Assembly: GCA_902799655.1 (NCBI GenBank)
Contig: CADCBH010000009.1
Coordinates: forward strand, 3,619-67,618
DNA length: 64,000 nt
Direction: 5' to 3'
Source of the DNA: an uncultured Bacteroidales bacterium
GTDB lineage: Bacteria; Bacteroidota; Bacteroidia; Bacteroidales; Bacteroidaceae
Both the position numbers and the translations under genes were made by a program. This document shows, in pieces, positions 30,961 to 40,865 of this stretch. The stretch's first letter is position 1; every line of letters begins with the position of its first letter. The notes beneath the pieces were generated by a model. The model did no database searches. It worked only from the letters and a program-made list of their open reading frames with translations, and had not been told where the DNA came from.

Positions 30961-31673
30961 TATTTCAGTGCTTGTAAGTATTGCTTAATCGTTTCCTCAA
31001 GACCCATATAAAGGGCATCACAGATGAGTGCGTGACCTATCGACACCTCATCAGTCCATGGGATAACTTGATGGAAATAGGCAAGATTCTCGAGCGACAA
31101 GTCGTGACCCGCATTGAGGCCAAGGCCTACACGACGAGCCTCCTCAGCAGCAGCGAGGAAAGGTGCTATAGCTGTCTCACGGCCAGCAGCATACCCGGAA
31201 GCATACGGCTCAGTATAGAGTTCCACACGGTCAGCTCCGCAGATTTTGGCGCCTTCCACCATCCGTGGGTCGGCATCAACAAAGATGCTGGTACGAATGC
31301 CCGCCTCCTTGAAAGTGCGGCAGATATCGGTCAGGAAAGCCTTGTTCTCAATAGTATCCCAACCGTGGTTGGATGTCAGTTGGTCATGGCCATCGGGCAC
31401 CAGTGTCACCTGTGTGGGCACCACTTCGAGCACCAACTGGGTAAACGAGTCGATGGGGTTGCCCTCAATATTAAATTCAGTAGAAACCAACGGTTTCAGA
31501 TCGCGTACATCCTGATAACGAATATGACGCTCATCGGGGCGGGGGTGTACGGTGATGCCCTGTGCACCGAAATTTTCAACATCGCGAGCTACAGCTAACA
31601 CATCGGGGTTGTTGCCGCCTCTGGCATTGCGGAGAGTAGCAATTTTATTGATGTTTACACTTAATCTTGTCAT
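30960..31673 (-). CDS. pdxJ: Pyridoxine 5'-phosphate synthase
   Basis: [40 protein letters not shown]. Confidence 0.97.
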   Translation of the reverse strand: MTRLSVNINKIATLRNARGGNNPDVLAVARDVENFGAQGITVHPRPDERHIRYQDVRDLKPLVSTEFNIEGNPIDSFTQLVLEVVPTQVTLVPDGHDQLTSNHGWDTIENKAFLTDICRTFKEAGIRTSIFVDADPRMVEGAKICGADRVELYTEPYASGYAAGRETAIAPFLAAAEEARRVGLGLNAGHDLSLENLAYFHQVIPWTDEVSIGHALICDALYMGLEETIKQYLQALK

Positions 31674-31787
31674 TTTTTTGCTTCCTTTTGTTCCTTTTAC
31701 GTTTAGATTTCGTATCTTTGCACCATTAAATATGGCGCAAAGATAGCAAATATTTGCGAAATAGCAGCTAAAAAAGCAAAAAAACTT

Positions 31788-32675
31788 ATGGCATCACGCA
31801 AACTAAGATTCGCCATTTTCGGCAACAGCTACCAGCCGAGGAAGTCGGTTTCAATCCAGAAACTGCTGGCATGTCTTTCTGCTCGTCAGGCAGAAGTTTT
31901 CATAGAACGAGAGTTTTATGCTTTTCTGAAAGACGGTCAGCAATTGCCATTAGATGGTATCAACGTGTTCGACCAGACAGACTTTGATGCCGACTTCGTA
32001 GTGTCGATGGGTGGCGACGGAACCTTTCTGCGTGCAGCCAGCATGGTAGGTAACAAGCAGATTCCCATTTTAGGCATTAATACCGGCAGGCTTGGTTTTC
32101 TGGCCGACATCAACCCACAGGAAATTGAACGTACTATCCAGGCTCTCTATGAGGGAGACTATGCCGTTGACACCCGTGCCGTTATCCGCGTAGAGACCGA
32201 TGGTCTGCCACTGAGGGGCTATTGTTGTGCACTCAACGACGTGGCCATCCTGAAGCGCGACAATGCCTCAATGATTACTATCCATGCCACCATTAACGGC
32301 GACTATCTAACCACCTATCAGGCCGATGGCTTAATCATGAGTACGCCCACGGGCTCGACGGCCTACTCACTGTCTAACGGTGGTCCTATTATCGTGCCTG
32401 GCACCCATGTTTTTTCGCTAACCGCTGTTGCCCCCCACTCTCTCAATGTTCGCCCCATCGTTCTTTCGGAAGACAGTGAGATTAAACTGACTGTCGAGAG
32501 TCGTACGCACAACTACTTAGTAGCCCTTGACGGTCGTTCGGAGAAACTCGATGACAGCACAAGCCTCACACTGCGCAAGGCTCCTTATCGCGTAAAAGTC
32601 ATCAAGCGTGCGGGTACAAAATATTTCCATACCCTTCGAAAGAAAATGATGTGGGGTGCTGACAGCCGTGGATAA
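31788..32675 (+). CDS. nadK: NAD kinase
   Basis: [34 protein letters not shown]. Confidence 0.96.
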   Translation: MASRKLRFAIFGNSYQPRKSVSIQKLLACLSARQAEVFIEREFYAFLKDGQQLPLDGINVFDQTDFDADFVVSMGGDGTFLRAASMVGNKQIPILGINTGRLGFLADINPQEIERTIQALYEGDYAVDTRAVIRVETDGLPLRGYCCALNDVAILKRDNASMITIHATINGDYLTTYQADGLIMSTPTGSTAYSLSNGGPIIVPGTHVFSLTAVAPHSLNVRPIVLSEDSEIKLTVESRTHNYLVALDGRSEKLDDSTSLTLRKAPYRVKVIKRAGTKYFHTLRKKMMWGADSRG

Positions 32676-32872
32676 GTTGCGCTGTCATACCTGACATTGC
32701 ATGTAGTACTACAGCGACATTGTTTTGTACATAGCCCGATAGTAGTGGTTATGGTTATTTGTCATGTCCACAATTGAGAACATTCTCTATAAATAAATAA
32801 GGTGAAAATGTTAAATAATGCTATTCACAAAAAATAATGGCGAAAAAACTTGGAACTTATTCATAAATGCCC

Positions 32873-32905
32873 TACCTTTGCAGTGTACTATTTAAGTGGT
32901 ACACT
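32873..32905 (+). promoter_or_regulatory. -7 box followed by GntR/YtrA-type operator palindrome
   Basis: TACCTTTG (32873-32880) then AGTGTAC-TATTTAAGTG-GTACACT (32882-32905). Confidence 0.7.
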
Positions 32906-32938
32906 ATTACAGAGAGATTTAACTTTATAAAAGCAATT

Positions 32939-33754
32939 ATGATAGAAGTAAAGAACATCAGTTTCAAGTACGCAGGCGGTAAGAGCCAGGTATTCGATCA
33001 TTTCAGCCTGACGTTGGAGACCAACAACATCTATGGTTTGCTTGGTAAAAACGGTACGGGAAAATCTACGCTACTCTACCTATTGTCTGGTTTGTTGCGC
33101 CCTGCCCAGGGAACAGTTTGTTGCGACAACATCGCAACCAGTAAGCGATTGCCCGAAACGCTCCGCGACATCTTCCTTGTAACCGAGGAGTTCGAGATGC
33201 CTGCCATCCGTCTCTCAGAATATGTGAAACTCTACAAGCCTTTTTACCCCAACTTCTCCGACGAGATTCTACAGGGTTGTCTGGCTGATTTCGAATTGCC
33301 AGCTGATGTGCACTTAGGCCAATTGTCAATGGGTCAGCGAAAAAAGGCTTACATTGCTTTTGCCATGGCGACCAACACCAAGTACTTGTTGATGGATGAG
33401 CCCACCAACGGACTGGACATCCCATCGAAGTCGCAGTTCCGAAAAGTCATTGCCCAGCATATGACAGAGGAACGTACAGTGATGATTTCAACCCATCAGG
33501 TACACGACGTGGAGCAGATGCTCGACCACATTCTTATCCTCGACCAGCGCAACGTACTGCTGAATGCCTCCATGCAGGAGATACAGGATCAGTACACCTT
33601 CGAATACCGTACGCCCCAGCAGATGGACGACAGCGTGCTCTATGCCGAGCCTACTCTGCAGGGCAATGCTGTCATCTGCAAACGAAAAGATGGCGATGCC
33701 GAGACACAAGTGAACCTTGAACTTTTGTTTAACTATAAAACACAAGCAAAATGA
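32939..33754 (+). CDS. ABC transporter ATP-binding protein
   Basis: GKNGTGKST, LSMGQRK, LMDEPTNGLD; ATG 32939. Confidence 0.9.
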   Translation: MIEVKNISFKYAGGKSQVFDHFSLTLETNNIYGLLGKNGTGKSTLLYLLSGLLRPAQGTVCCDNIATSKRLPETLRDIFLVTEEFEMPAIRLSEYVKLYKPFYPNFSDEILQGCLADFELPADVHLGQLSMGQRKKAYIAFAMATNTKYLLMDEPTNGLDIPSKSQFRKVIAQHMTEERTVMISTHQVHDVEQMLDHILILDQRNVLLNASMQEIQDQYTFEYRTPQQMDDSVLYAEPTLQGNAVICKRKDGDAETQVNLELLFNYKTQAK

Positions 33755-34614
33755 AAACATTCAATTTCAATAGATTCTCACAGGCACTGAAGTGCCAGTT
33801 TCTCGTACTTCGCAAGACGTGGATTCGCCTCTTCGGCATCTTTACCCTCGTCATGTTTATGGCCGACCTGTTCTTTACCCGCGTGCAGGGGCACAATTAT
33901 CAATATATGTTAGAAGAATGGGGCGCAGCAGATGCCTATCAAAGATATAATTCCTATGTAGAGCAGACTGTCGTCTTCGGCGTCATCTTCTTCTGTTTCT
34001 CCATGCTCTTTGGTGCCAGTTTCCTATTCTCAGGCATGAAGGACACCCGCAAGCGTTCGGCCTTCCTACTTTGGCCCGTGTCCAACATGGAGAAATACAC
34101 CATCAATCTGCTGCTCTCCGTACTTTGGTTGGCTGTCATCACCATTGGCGCCTACATGTTGGCTGATGGTCTGCGCGTGTTCATTGATTGGGTGACAGGG
34201 CGCGTCGTTATCTGGGGTATTCCAATGATAGGTACTCGTGTTTTTGGCCCTGCTCCTTTCGAGCATTGGCAGATGGCATGGATGCTCTTCGCCTGGGTAT
34301 TCTACATTCACTCGCTTTATATTGTGGGAGGCACCCTGTTCCGTCGCCAGCAGTTCCTGCTGACCAGCTGCACGATCGTTCTTGTCGCCATCTTGCTGAC
34401 AATGATTCTAAACCAGATAGAATGGAACAGCATGAACATCGAGTTCATCACGGGTACATGGGACGAGAAAACGAAGACCTATACGCAAATTTTCCATCCC
34501 TTCTTCTATATTTTGAACACAGCAGTGACCTTGCTTATCTTCGTTCACTATTGGGCATCGTATAAGCTCTTTACTCGCATGCAGGTTATTAACAATAAAT
34601 GGTTGAACGTGTAA
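33751..34614 (+). CDS. ABC-2-type membrane protein
   Basis: About 6 TM segments; overlaps ATPase stop. Confidence 0.7.
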   Translation: MKTFNFNRFSQALKCQFLVLRKTWIRLFGIFTLVMFMADLFFTRVQGHNYQYMLEEWGAADAYQRYNSYVEQTVVFGVIFFCFSMLFGASFLFSGMKDTRKRSAFLLWPVSNMEKYTINLLLSVLWLAVITIGAYMLADGLRVFIDWVTGRVVIWGIPMIGTRVFGPAPFEHWQMAWMLFAWVFYIHSLYIVGGTLFRRQQFLLTSCTIVLVAILLTMILNQIEWNSMNIEFITGTWDEKTKTYTQIFHPFFYILNTAVTLLIFVHYWASYKLFTRMQVINNKWLNV

Positions 34615-34638
34615 AAAAAACAAACAGAGGAAAAGCGT

Positions 34639-34998
34639 ATGACATTTACTAATGATAAAGCAATATACATCCAGATGGCAGACCGTCTCTGTGATGAGAT
34701 TCTTGCAGGAAAATACAAAGACGACGACCGCATACCATCAGTACGAGAGTATGCCGTACTTCTGGAGGTGAATACCAACACCGCCGTGAAAGCCTACGAC
34801 GAGTTAGCTCGCGCGAACATTATATATAATAAGCGTGGACTTGGCTACTTCGTTACCCCTGGTGCCCGCAATGCCATCATGGCACAGCGTAAACAGGCCT
34901 TTATGGACCTGCATCTGCCCGAAGTTTTCCGCCAAATGAAACTTTTAGGCATAAAAAAAGAAGAGATTTGCAACCTTTTCGACCAATACAACGTCTAA
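34639..34998 (+). CDS. GntR family (YtrA subfamily) regulator
   Basis: IYIQM, RIPSVRE, VNTNT, KRGLGYFV; short C-terminus. Confidence 0.9.
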   Translation: MTFTNDKAIYIQMADRLCDEILAGKYKDDDRIPSVREYAVLLEVNTNTAVKAYDELARANIIYNKRGLGYFVTPGARNAIMAQRKQAFMDLHLPEVFRQMKLLGIKKEEICNLFDQYNV

Positions 34999-35025
34999 CA
35001 GATAAATCATAAATCAAAAAACAAG

Positions 35026-35745
35026 ATGATTCACCTCAAAGACATCAACAAGACCTATCAGGGCGCACAGCCGCTCCATGTGCTGAAAGGCATCTCTCTT
35101 GACATTGCAAAGGGAGAATTCGTCAGTATCATGGGAGCGTCGGGCTCGGGTAAGAGTACCCTCCTCAACATTCTGGGTATTCTTGACAACTACGACTCAG
35201 GAACCTACGAGCTGGCAGGCGTTCCCATTTGGAACCTCTCCGAGCGTCGCGCTGCTGAGTATCGTAACAAGCTGATTGGATTTATTTTCCAGTCATTCAA
35301 CCTCATCTCTTTTAAGACAGCAGTAGAAAATGTTGAGTTGCCACTCTTTTATCAAGGGGTTTCCAGGCGCAAGCGTCATGCGCTTGCCCTGAAGTATCTC
35401 GACCGTTTGGGATTGCTTGACTGGGCAGATCATTACCCCAATGAGCTCTCCGGCGGTCAGAAGCAACGTGTCGCCATAGCCCGTGCACTCATCACCAAGC
35501 CTCAGATTATTCTGGCCGACGAGCCTACGGGAGCTCTCGATTCAAAGACTTCTGTGGAGGTCATGCAACTGCTGAAACAGCTGAACCAGGACGAAGGTAT
35601 GACCATCGTTGTTGTAACCCATGAAAGTGGTGTAGCCAACGAAACCAACAAGATAGTACATATCAAAGACGGTATTATTGGCAAGATAGAAGAGAACCTT
35701 GATCACAATGCATCACCCTTCGGCAGTGGAGGTTTGATGAAATAA
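35026..35745 (+). CDS. MacB/LolD-type ABC ATPase
   Basis: GASGSGKST, LSGGQKQRVAIARAL, LADEPTGALD. Confidence 0.93.
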   Translation: MIHLKDINKTYQGAQPLHVLKGISLDIAKGEFVSIMGASGSGKSTLLNILGILDNYDSGTYELAGVPIWNLSERRAAEYRNKLIGFIFQSFNLISFKTAVENVELPLFYQGVSRRKRHALALKYLDRLGLLDWADHYPNELSGGQKQRVAIARALITKPQIILADEPTGALDSKTSVEVMQLLKQLNQDEGMTIVVVTHESGVANETNKIVHIKDGIIGKIEENLDHNASPFGSGGLMK

Positions 35746-35776
35746 CTAGTAGTACTAGTCAAACTAGAATAACTAG
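35745..35776 (+). repeat. ACTAG 9-bp tandem array (4 units)
   Basis: ACTAG at 35745, 35754, 35763, 35772. Confidence 0.75.
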
Positions 35777-35782
35777 AGAACT

Positions 35783-37042
35783 ATGCGAGATATCATTAGT
35801 GAAATATGGCAAACAGCACGGAGGAATAAGCTTCGCACGACACTGACTGGCTTTGCGGTGGCGTGGGGAATCTTTATGATTATCGTGCTGCTGGGTGCCG
35901 GCAACGGACTCATCAATGCCAATGTAAAACAGGCTAGCAACTGGCTCACCAACTCGATAGAAGCTTATGGTGGTAGTACCTCGAAAGCCTACAAGGGTCT
36001 GAGTGAAGGACGAGGCATCACGTTAAACACCAAAGACTTGACCGCCACTGAAACAGAGTTCTCGAATAATATCGACGATGTTGGAGCCGTTTATTACCAT
36101 AGTGCCACAGTGAGCTATGGTGAGCAGTACCTCAGCAATATGCAAATCACGGGCGTGTACCCTATACATAGTCAGATACTGAAGCGCGACCTGCTTTGTG
36201 GCCGGCATATCAATGAAATAGACCTAAAGGAGAAACGCAAGGTGCTGGTGCTGGCCGACAACCAAGCTAAGGAACTGGAACCAAGAAACTGCAAGTTGTT
36301 GCTGGGCAAATACGTAAAACTGGGCAGTATGGCCTTCAAGGTGGTTGGTATATACAAGAGTACTGGCGATGGAGAGAGCTCGGCCTATGCCTCTTACTCC
36401 ACCATCAAGAGTGTCTTTGGTGCCAATAGCAACAGTATAGGTAATATTGAATTTACTTTCCATGGGCTGAAGACTGAGGAGGCCAACGATGCCTTTGAGA
36501 AAGTGTATCGTCGTCGTCTAAATGCCAACCACCAGGCACATCCCGATGATGAAAATGCTATCTGGATATGGAATGGCTACACCCAGAATCTGCAAATGCA
36601 GACCGGTATAGGTATCATACGCACAGCCCTGTGGGTGGTAGGACTGTTCACGCTGCTTTCCGGTATTGTAGGTGTGAGCAACATCATGCTTATCACCGTC
36701 AAAGAGCGCACCCACGAGTTTGGCATCCGCAAGGCAATAGGTGCCAAGCCCTGGAGCATCTTGAAGCTGATTATCATCGAGAGTGTGATTATCACGACAT
36801 TCTTCGGTTATATCGGCATGGTGCTGGGAGTAGCAGCCAACGAATATATGGATGCTACCATCGGTCATGAAGTCATTGACACAGGTCTTTTCCAAGCCAC
36901 TATGTTCCTTGACCCGACGGTAGGTTTGGATGTATGTATCGAGGCCACCATGGTGATGGTCATCGCTGGTACCATTGCTGGTCTTATTCCAGCCTATAAG
37001 GCAAGTAGAATCCGCCCCATAGAGGCATTAAGAGCTGATTAA
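35783..37042 (+). CDS. MacB-like ABC permease
   Basis: RNKLRT, VKERTHEFGIRKAIGA, PIEALR. Confidence 0.9.
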   Translation: MRDIISEIWQTARRNKLRTTLTGFAVAWGIFMIIVLLGAGNGLINANVKQASNWLTNSIEAYGGSTSKAYKGLSEGRGITLNTKDLTATETEFSNNIDDVGAVYYHSATVSYGEQYLSNMQITGVYPIHSQILKRDLLCGRHINEIDLKEKRKVLVLADNQAKELEPRNCKLLLGKYVKLGSMAFKVVGIYKSTGDGESSAYASYSTIKSVFGANSNSIGNIEFTFHGLKTEEANDAFEKVYRRRLNANHQAHPDDENAIWIWNGYTQNLQMQTGIGIIRTALWVVGLFTLLSGIVGVSNIMLITVKERTHEFGIRKAIGAKPWSILKLIIIESVIITTFFGYIGMVLGVAANEYMDATIGHEVIDTGLFQATMFLDPTVGLDVCIEATMVMVIAGTIAGLIPAYKASRIRPIEALRAD

Positions 37043-37043
37043 A

Positions 37044-38297
37044 ATGAGAATAGATTTAGATACATACAGAGAAATACTTGACACGCTAACCCGTAACAAG
37101 TCGCGCTCGTTCCTAACAGGATTTGGCGTATTTTGGGGCGTGTTCATGCTGGTGGCATTGATTGGCGGCGGACAGGGTCTGCAGGAGTTACTCGAAAAGA
37201 ACTTCGATGGCTTTGCACAAAACACCGTATTCATCTGGTCGCAACAGACCACTAAGGCCTACAAGGGTTTCCGTAAGGGACGCTGGTGGAGCATGGACCA
37301 GAAAGATATCGGAAGATTGCGCCAGCGCGTACCAGAGCTGGACGTAATAGCTCCTGTGATTTTCGCGCCCTGGGGGCGTTCTAACACAGCCTACTATGGT
37401 GACCGGAAAGCCTCACCACGCATTCAGGGTTCATCGCCTGAATATGCCCTTGTAGTAGCCCCAAAGCTCTACTATGGGCGCTACATCAACGAGATGGACA
37501 TGAAGGAGTGTCGCAAGGTATGCGTCATCGGCAAAAAGATTTACAAAGAGCTCTTCAAGGAAGGTGGCGACCCCTGTGGCAAGAAGATACGCATCGACTC
37601 TACCTATTATGAGGTGATCGGTGTTGACTATTCCTCAACCAATATGAACATCAACGGTCGTGCAGAGTCAAAGGTGACACTGCCTATGACGCTGATGCAG
37701 AAGACCTACAACAGAGGAGACGAGATAGACATGCTGGCAGCCACAGGACACAAGGGTGTGGTGATGTCATCCCTTGCAGACCGTATTCGCGAGGCAGTGA
37801 CGATGGCACACTATGTTGACCAGACAGATGAGCAGGGTGCTATGGTGTTCAACACCGAGGTGCTCTTTCAGATGCTCGACAACCTGTTCCGTGGTGTCAA
37901 TTTCCTCATCTGGCTGGTGGGCTTGGGAACCTTGTTGGCAGGTGCCATCGGTGTGTCGAATATCATGATGGTAACGGTGCGTGAGCGTACCACAGAGATT
38001 GGTATTCGGCGAGCCATTGGTGCCACGCCGAAAATGATTCTCTCACAGATTATCTCTGAGAGTATCGTACTGACGCTGGTTGCAGGCATGAGTGGTATTC
38101 TCTTTGGTGTACTGATACTGCAAATGCTCGAAATGGGCAATACGGAAGACGGCATCGTGACAGCCCACTTCCAAATCGGATTCTGGACAGCCATCCTCTG
38201 TGCCCTCGTAGTGAGTTCGCTGGGCGTGCTGGCAGGTCTGGCACCAGCTGCCAGAGCCATGAGTATCAAGCCCGTAGATGCCATGCGCGATGAGTAA
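37044..38297 (+). CDS. MacB-like ABC permease
   Basis: RNKSRSFL, VRERTTEIGIRRAIGA, PVDAMR. Confidence 0.9.
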   Translation: MRIDLDTYREILDTLTRNKSRSFLTGFGVFWGVFMLVALIGGGQGLQELLEKNFDGFAQNTVFIWSQQTTKAYKGFRKGRWWSMDQKDIGRLRQRVPELDVIAPVIFAPWGRSNTAYYGDRKASPRIQGSSPEYALVVAPKLYYGRYINEMDMKECRKVCVIGKKIYKELFKEGGDPCGKKIRIDSTYYEVIGVDYSSTNMNINGRAESKVTLPMTLMQKTYNRGDEIDMLAATGHKGVVMSSLADRIREAVTMAHYVDQTDEQGAMVFNTEVLFQMLDNLFRGVNFLIWLVGLGTLLAGAIGVSNIMMVTVRERTTEIGIRRAIGATPKMILSQIISESIVLTLVAGMSGILFGVLILQMLEMGNTEDGIVTAHFQIGFWTAILCALVVSSLGVLAGLAPAARAMSIKPVDAMRDE

Positions 38298-38348
38298 TCG
38301 GTCCTATTAGCCCCCATAAAAAAGAACAAACAAAAAAACTCCATTAAT

Positions 38349-39461
38349 ATGAAAAAGTACAGCAAACTGATCATCGCAGCGATTATCGCGCTGATTTTCA
38401 TCGGGACATTCGTGTTCCTTTGGCAGAAGAGCCAACCCAAGGAAGTGGTTTACAATGAGTTCACGCCCAAACTGGACAGCATCCAGAAAACCACCATTAT
38501 CACTGGTAAGATTGAGCCTCGCAACGAGGTGAACATCAAACCTCAGATATCAGGTATCATCACCGAACTCTACAAGGAGCCAGGTGACCATGTGAACGCT
38601 GGCGACGTGATAGCCAAGGTAAAGGTCATACCAGATATGGGCCAGTTGTCGAGTGCTGAGATGCGTGTACGCCTCGCTGAGATTAACCTGAAGCAAGCGC
38701 AGACCGACTTCCAGCGCGAGGAGAACCTCTTCAAGCAGAAGCTGGTATCTGCTGACGAGTTTGACAAGATCAAGGTCTCTCTCGAGCAGGCCAAGCACGA
38801 GAAGGCGGCTGCTACGGATGCGCTGCAGGTAGTTCGGGACGGTGTATCACAATCCAACGCCAATGCCTCTTCGACGCTTATCCGCTCTACTGTGAGTGGT
38901 ATCATCCTCGACATTCCTGTCAAAGTGGGTAACTCGGTGATTCTTTCGAACACCTTCAATGACGGTACCACCATTGCCACTGTAGCCAACATGAACGACC
39001 TCATCTTCCGTGGTAATATCGACGAGACAGAGGTAGGACAGCTCATGAGTGGTATGAATATGAAGATTACCATTGGTGCGCTGCAGGATCTGAAGTTTGA
39101 CGCTGCTCTGGAGTACATCTCGCCAAAGGCCGTAGAGAGCAATGGTGCCAACCAGTTTGAAATCAAGGCAGCCGTCAAGCTGGTAGAAGGTGGCAAGATA
39201 CGTTCTGGCTATAGCGCCAATGCAGAAATTGTACTGGCAAGAGCCGACAAGGTGCTCAGCATCCCTGAAAGTGCCATCGAGTTTAGTGGTGACAGCACCT
39301 TTGTCTATGTGGTGAAAGGCAACGGTAAGGAAAAGCGCTACGAGCGTACAGCCGTTAGCACCGGTCTCTCTGACGGTGTAAACATCGAAATCAAGAAGGG
39401 TATTACGGCCAAGGATAAGGTGCGTGGTCCCGAGATTATTGCAGAAGATAAAAAGGAGTAA
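38349..39461 (+). CDS. Periplasmic adaptor (membrane fusion protein)
   Basis: N-terminal TM, IKPQISGII, IRSTVSGII, coiled-coil hairpin. Confidence 0.9.
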   Translation: MKKYSKLIIAAIIALIFIGTFVFLWQKSQPKEVVYNEFTPKLDSIQKTTIITGKIEPRNEVNIKPQISGIITELYKEPGDHVNAGDVIAKVKVIPDMGQLSSAEMRVRLAEINLKQAQTDFQREENLFKQKLVSADEFDKIKVSLEQAKHEKAAATDALQVVRDGVSQSNANASSTLIRSTVSGIILDIPVKVGNSVILSNTFNDGTTIATVANMNDLIFRGNIDETEVGQLMSGMNMKITIGALQDLKFDAALEYISPKAVESNGANQFEIKAAVKLVEGGKIRSGYSANAEIVLARADKVLSIPESAIEFSGDSTFVYVVKGNGKEKRYERTAVSTGLSDGVNIEIKKGITAKDKVRGPEIIAEDKKE

Positions 39462-39464
39462 GCT

Positions 39465-40790
39465 ATGAAGAAGTTTTTAATTCTGTCAGTACTCATTGGA
39501 GCAGTCCATTCAGACATGCTGGCGCAGAGCCCTTGGACACTTCGGCAGTGCATAGAGCATGCTGTGGGCCACAATATCAGTATCAAGCAAAAGCAGAACA
39601 CCTGCAAGAAGCAGGAGACGCAGCTCTCTACGGCACGTAACAGCCGTCTGCCAGACCTCAACGCATCAGCCTCTGAGACGTTCTCGTTCGGTCGCGGTCT
39701 GACGCTCGACAATACCTATACCGACCGCAACACCAACTCTACCAGTTTCAGTCTCGGCACCACTGTGCCCCTCTTTACGGGTTTCCAGATTCCCAATCAG
39801 ATTAAGCTGAACGAGTTGAATCTCGAGGCCGCCACACAAGACCTCGAGAAGGCCAAGAACGACATCCGCATGCAAGTGGCGAAGGCCTATGTCGAGATAC
39901 TCTATGACCAGGAGATTGCCGATGTGGCACATCGCCAGATTAGCATTGACTCGGCACAGGTGGTACGTCTCAGAGCCTTCGTCGAGAACGGCAAGGCCAG
40001 TCAGGCAGAGCTCTCGCGCCAGCAGTCCACCCTGGCACAGTCGCAGTTGACCGCCACACAGGCCGACAACAACTATCAGCTGGCCCTACTTGCCCTGTCG
40101 CAGTTGCTCGAGTTATCCACCCCTGACGGCTTCACTATTGTGCGCCCTATTGTCAGCACAGTCCCCAAGGGGGCGTCATTGGGCATCTCGCCAGAGGCTA
40201 TCTACGCCGAGGCGCTGACCATCAAGCCTGAGGTTCGGGCAGAGCAGCTCCGTCTGAGTGCCGCAGATCGCAACATCAATATTGCCAAGGCAGCACTCTA
40301 TCCTACGCTCAACTTCAATGCCGGTCTGCAGACAAACTACTACAAGACCAGTGGCATGCCGGCAGACCCCTTTGGTACTCAGATGAAAAATAATTTCAGC
40401 CAGTACCTTGGTCTGTCGCTCAACGTGCCTATCTTTAGCCGTTTCCGGACACGCAACAACATCCGTTCGGCACGCATCGACCGCGAAAACCAACTATTGC
40501 AGTTGGAAAATGTGAAGAAGACGCTCTATAAGGAGATTCAGCAGGTTTACTACAACGCCATAGCCGCTCAATCAAAATATGAGAGCAGCCAGTCAGCCCA
40601 GCAGAGCAGTCTTGATGCCTTCACGCTTACCCAGGCAAAATACGAAAACGGCAAGGCTACTATCACTGAGTTTAACGAGGCGAAGAACAATTATCTGAAG
40701 ACGGAGAGTGACCTGGTCAAGGCCCGCTACGAATATCTATATCAAACGGCGCTGCTCGACTTCTACCGAGGCCGTCAGCTCGATTTCTAA
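39465..40790 (+). CDS. TolC family outer membrane efflux protein
   Basis: Signal peptide, WTLRQCIE, two SRLP/ALYP repeats. Confidence 0.9.
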   Translation: MKKFLILSVLIGAVHSDMLAQSPWTLRQCIEHAVGHNISIKQKQNTCKKQETQLSTARNSRLPDLNASASETFSFGRGLTLDNTYTDRNTNSTSFSLGTTVPLFTGFQIPNQIKLNELNLEAATQDLEKAKNDIRMQVAKAYVEILYDQEIADVAHRQISIDSAQVVRLRAFVENGKASQAELSRQQSTLAQSQLTATQADNNYQLALLALSQLLELSTPDGFTIVRPIVSTVPKGASLGISPEAIYAEALTIKPEVRAEQLRLSAADRNINIAKAALYPTLNFNAGLQTNYYKTSGMPADPFGTQMKNNFSQYLGLSLNVPIFSRFRTRNNIRSARIDRENQLLQLENVKKTLYKEIQQVYYNAIAAQSKYESSQSAQQSSLDAFTLTQAKYENGKATITEFNEAKNNYLKTESDLVKARYEYLYQTALLDFYRGRQLDF

Positions 40791-40808
40791 ATACACTCTG
40801 GAAATCAC

Positions 40809-40841
40809 AAAGAGTGCTCTCCAAAAGGAAAGCACTCTTTT
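40809..40841. terminator. Bidirectional terminator
   Basis: AAAGAGTGCT...AGCACTCTTT between convergent tolC and PUL genes. Confidence 0.8.
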
Positions 40842-40865
40842 CGTTTGTTGCTTAATTAAGCGGTA

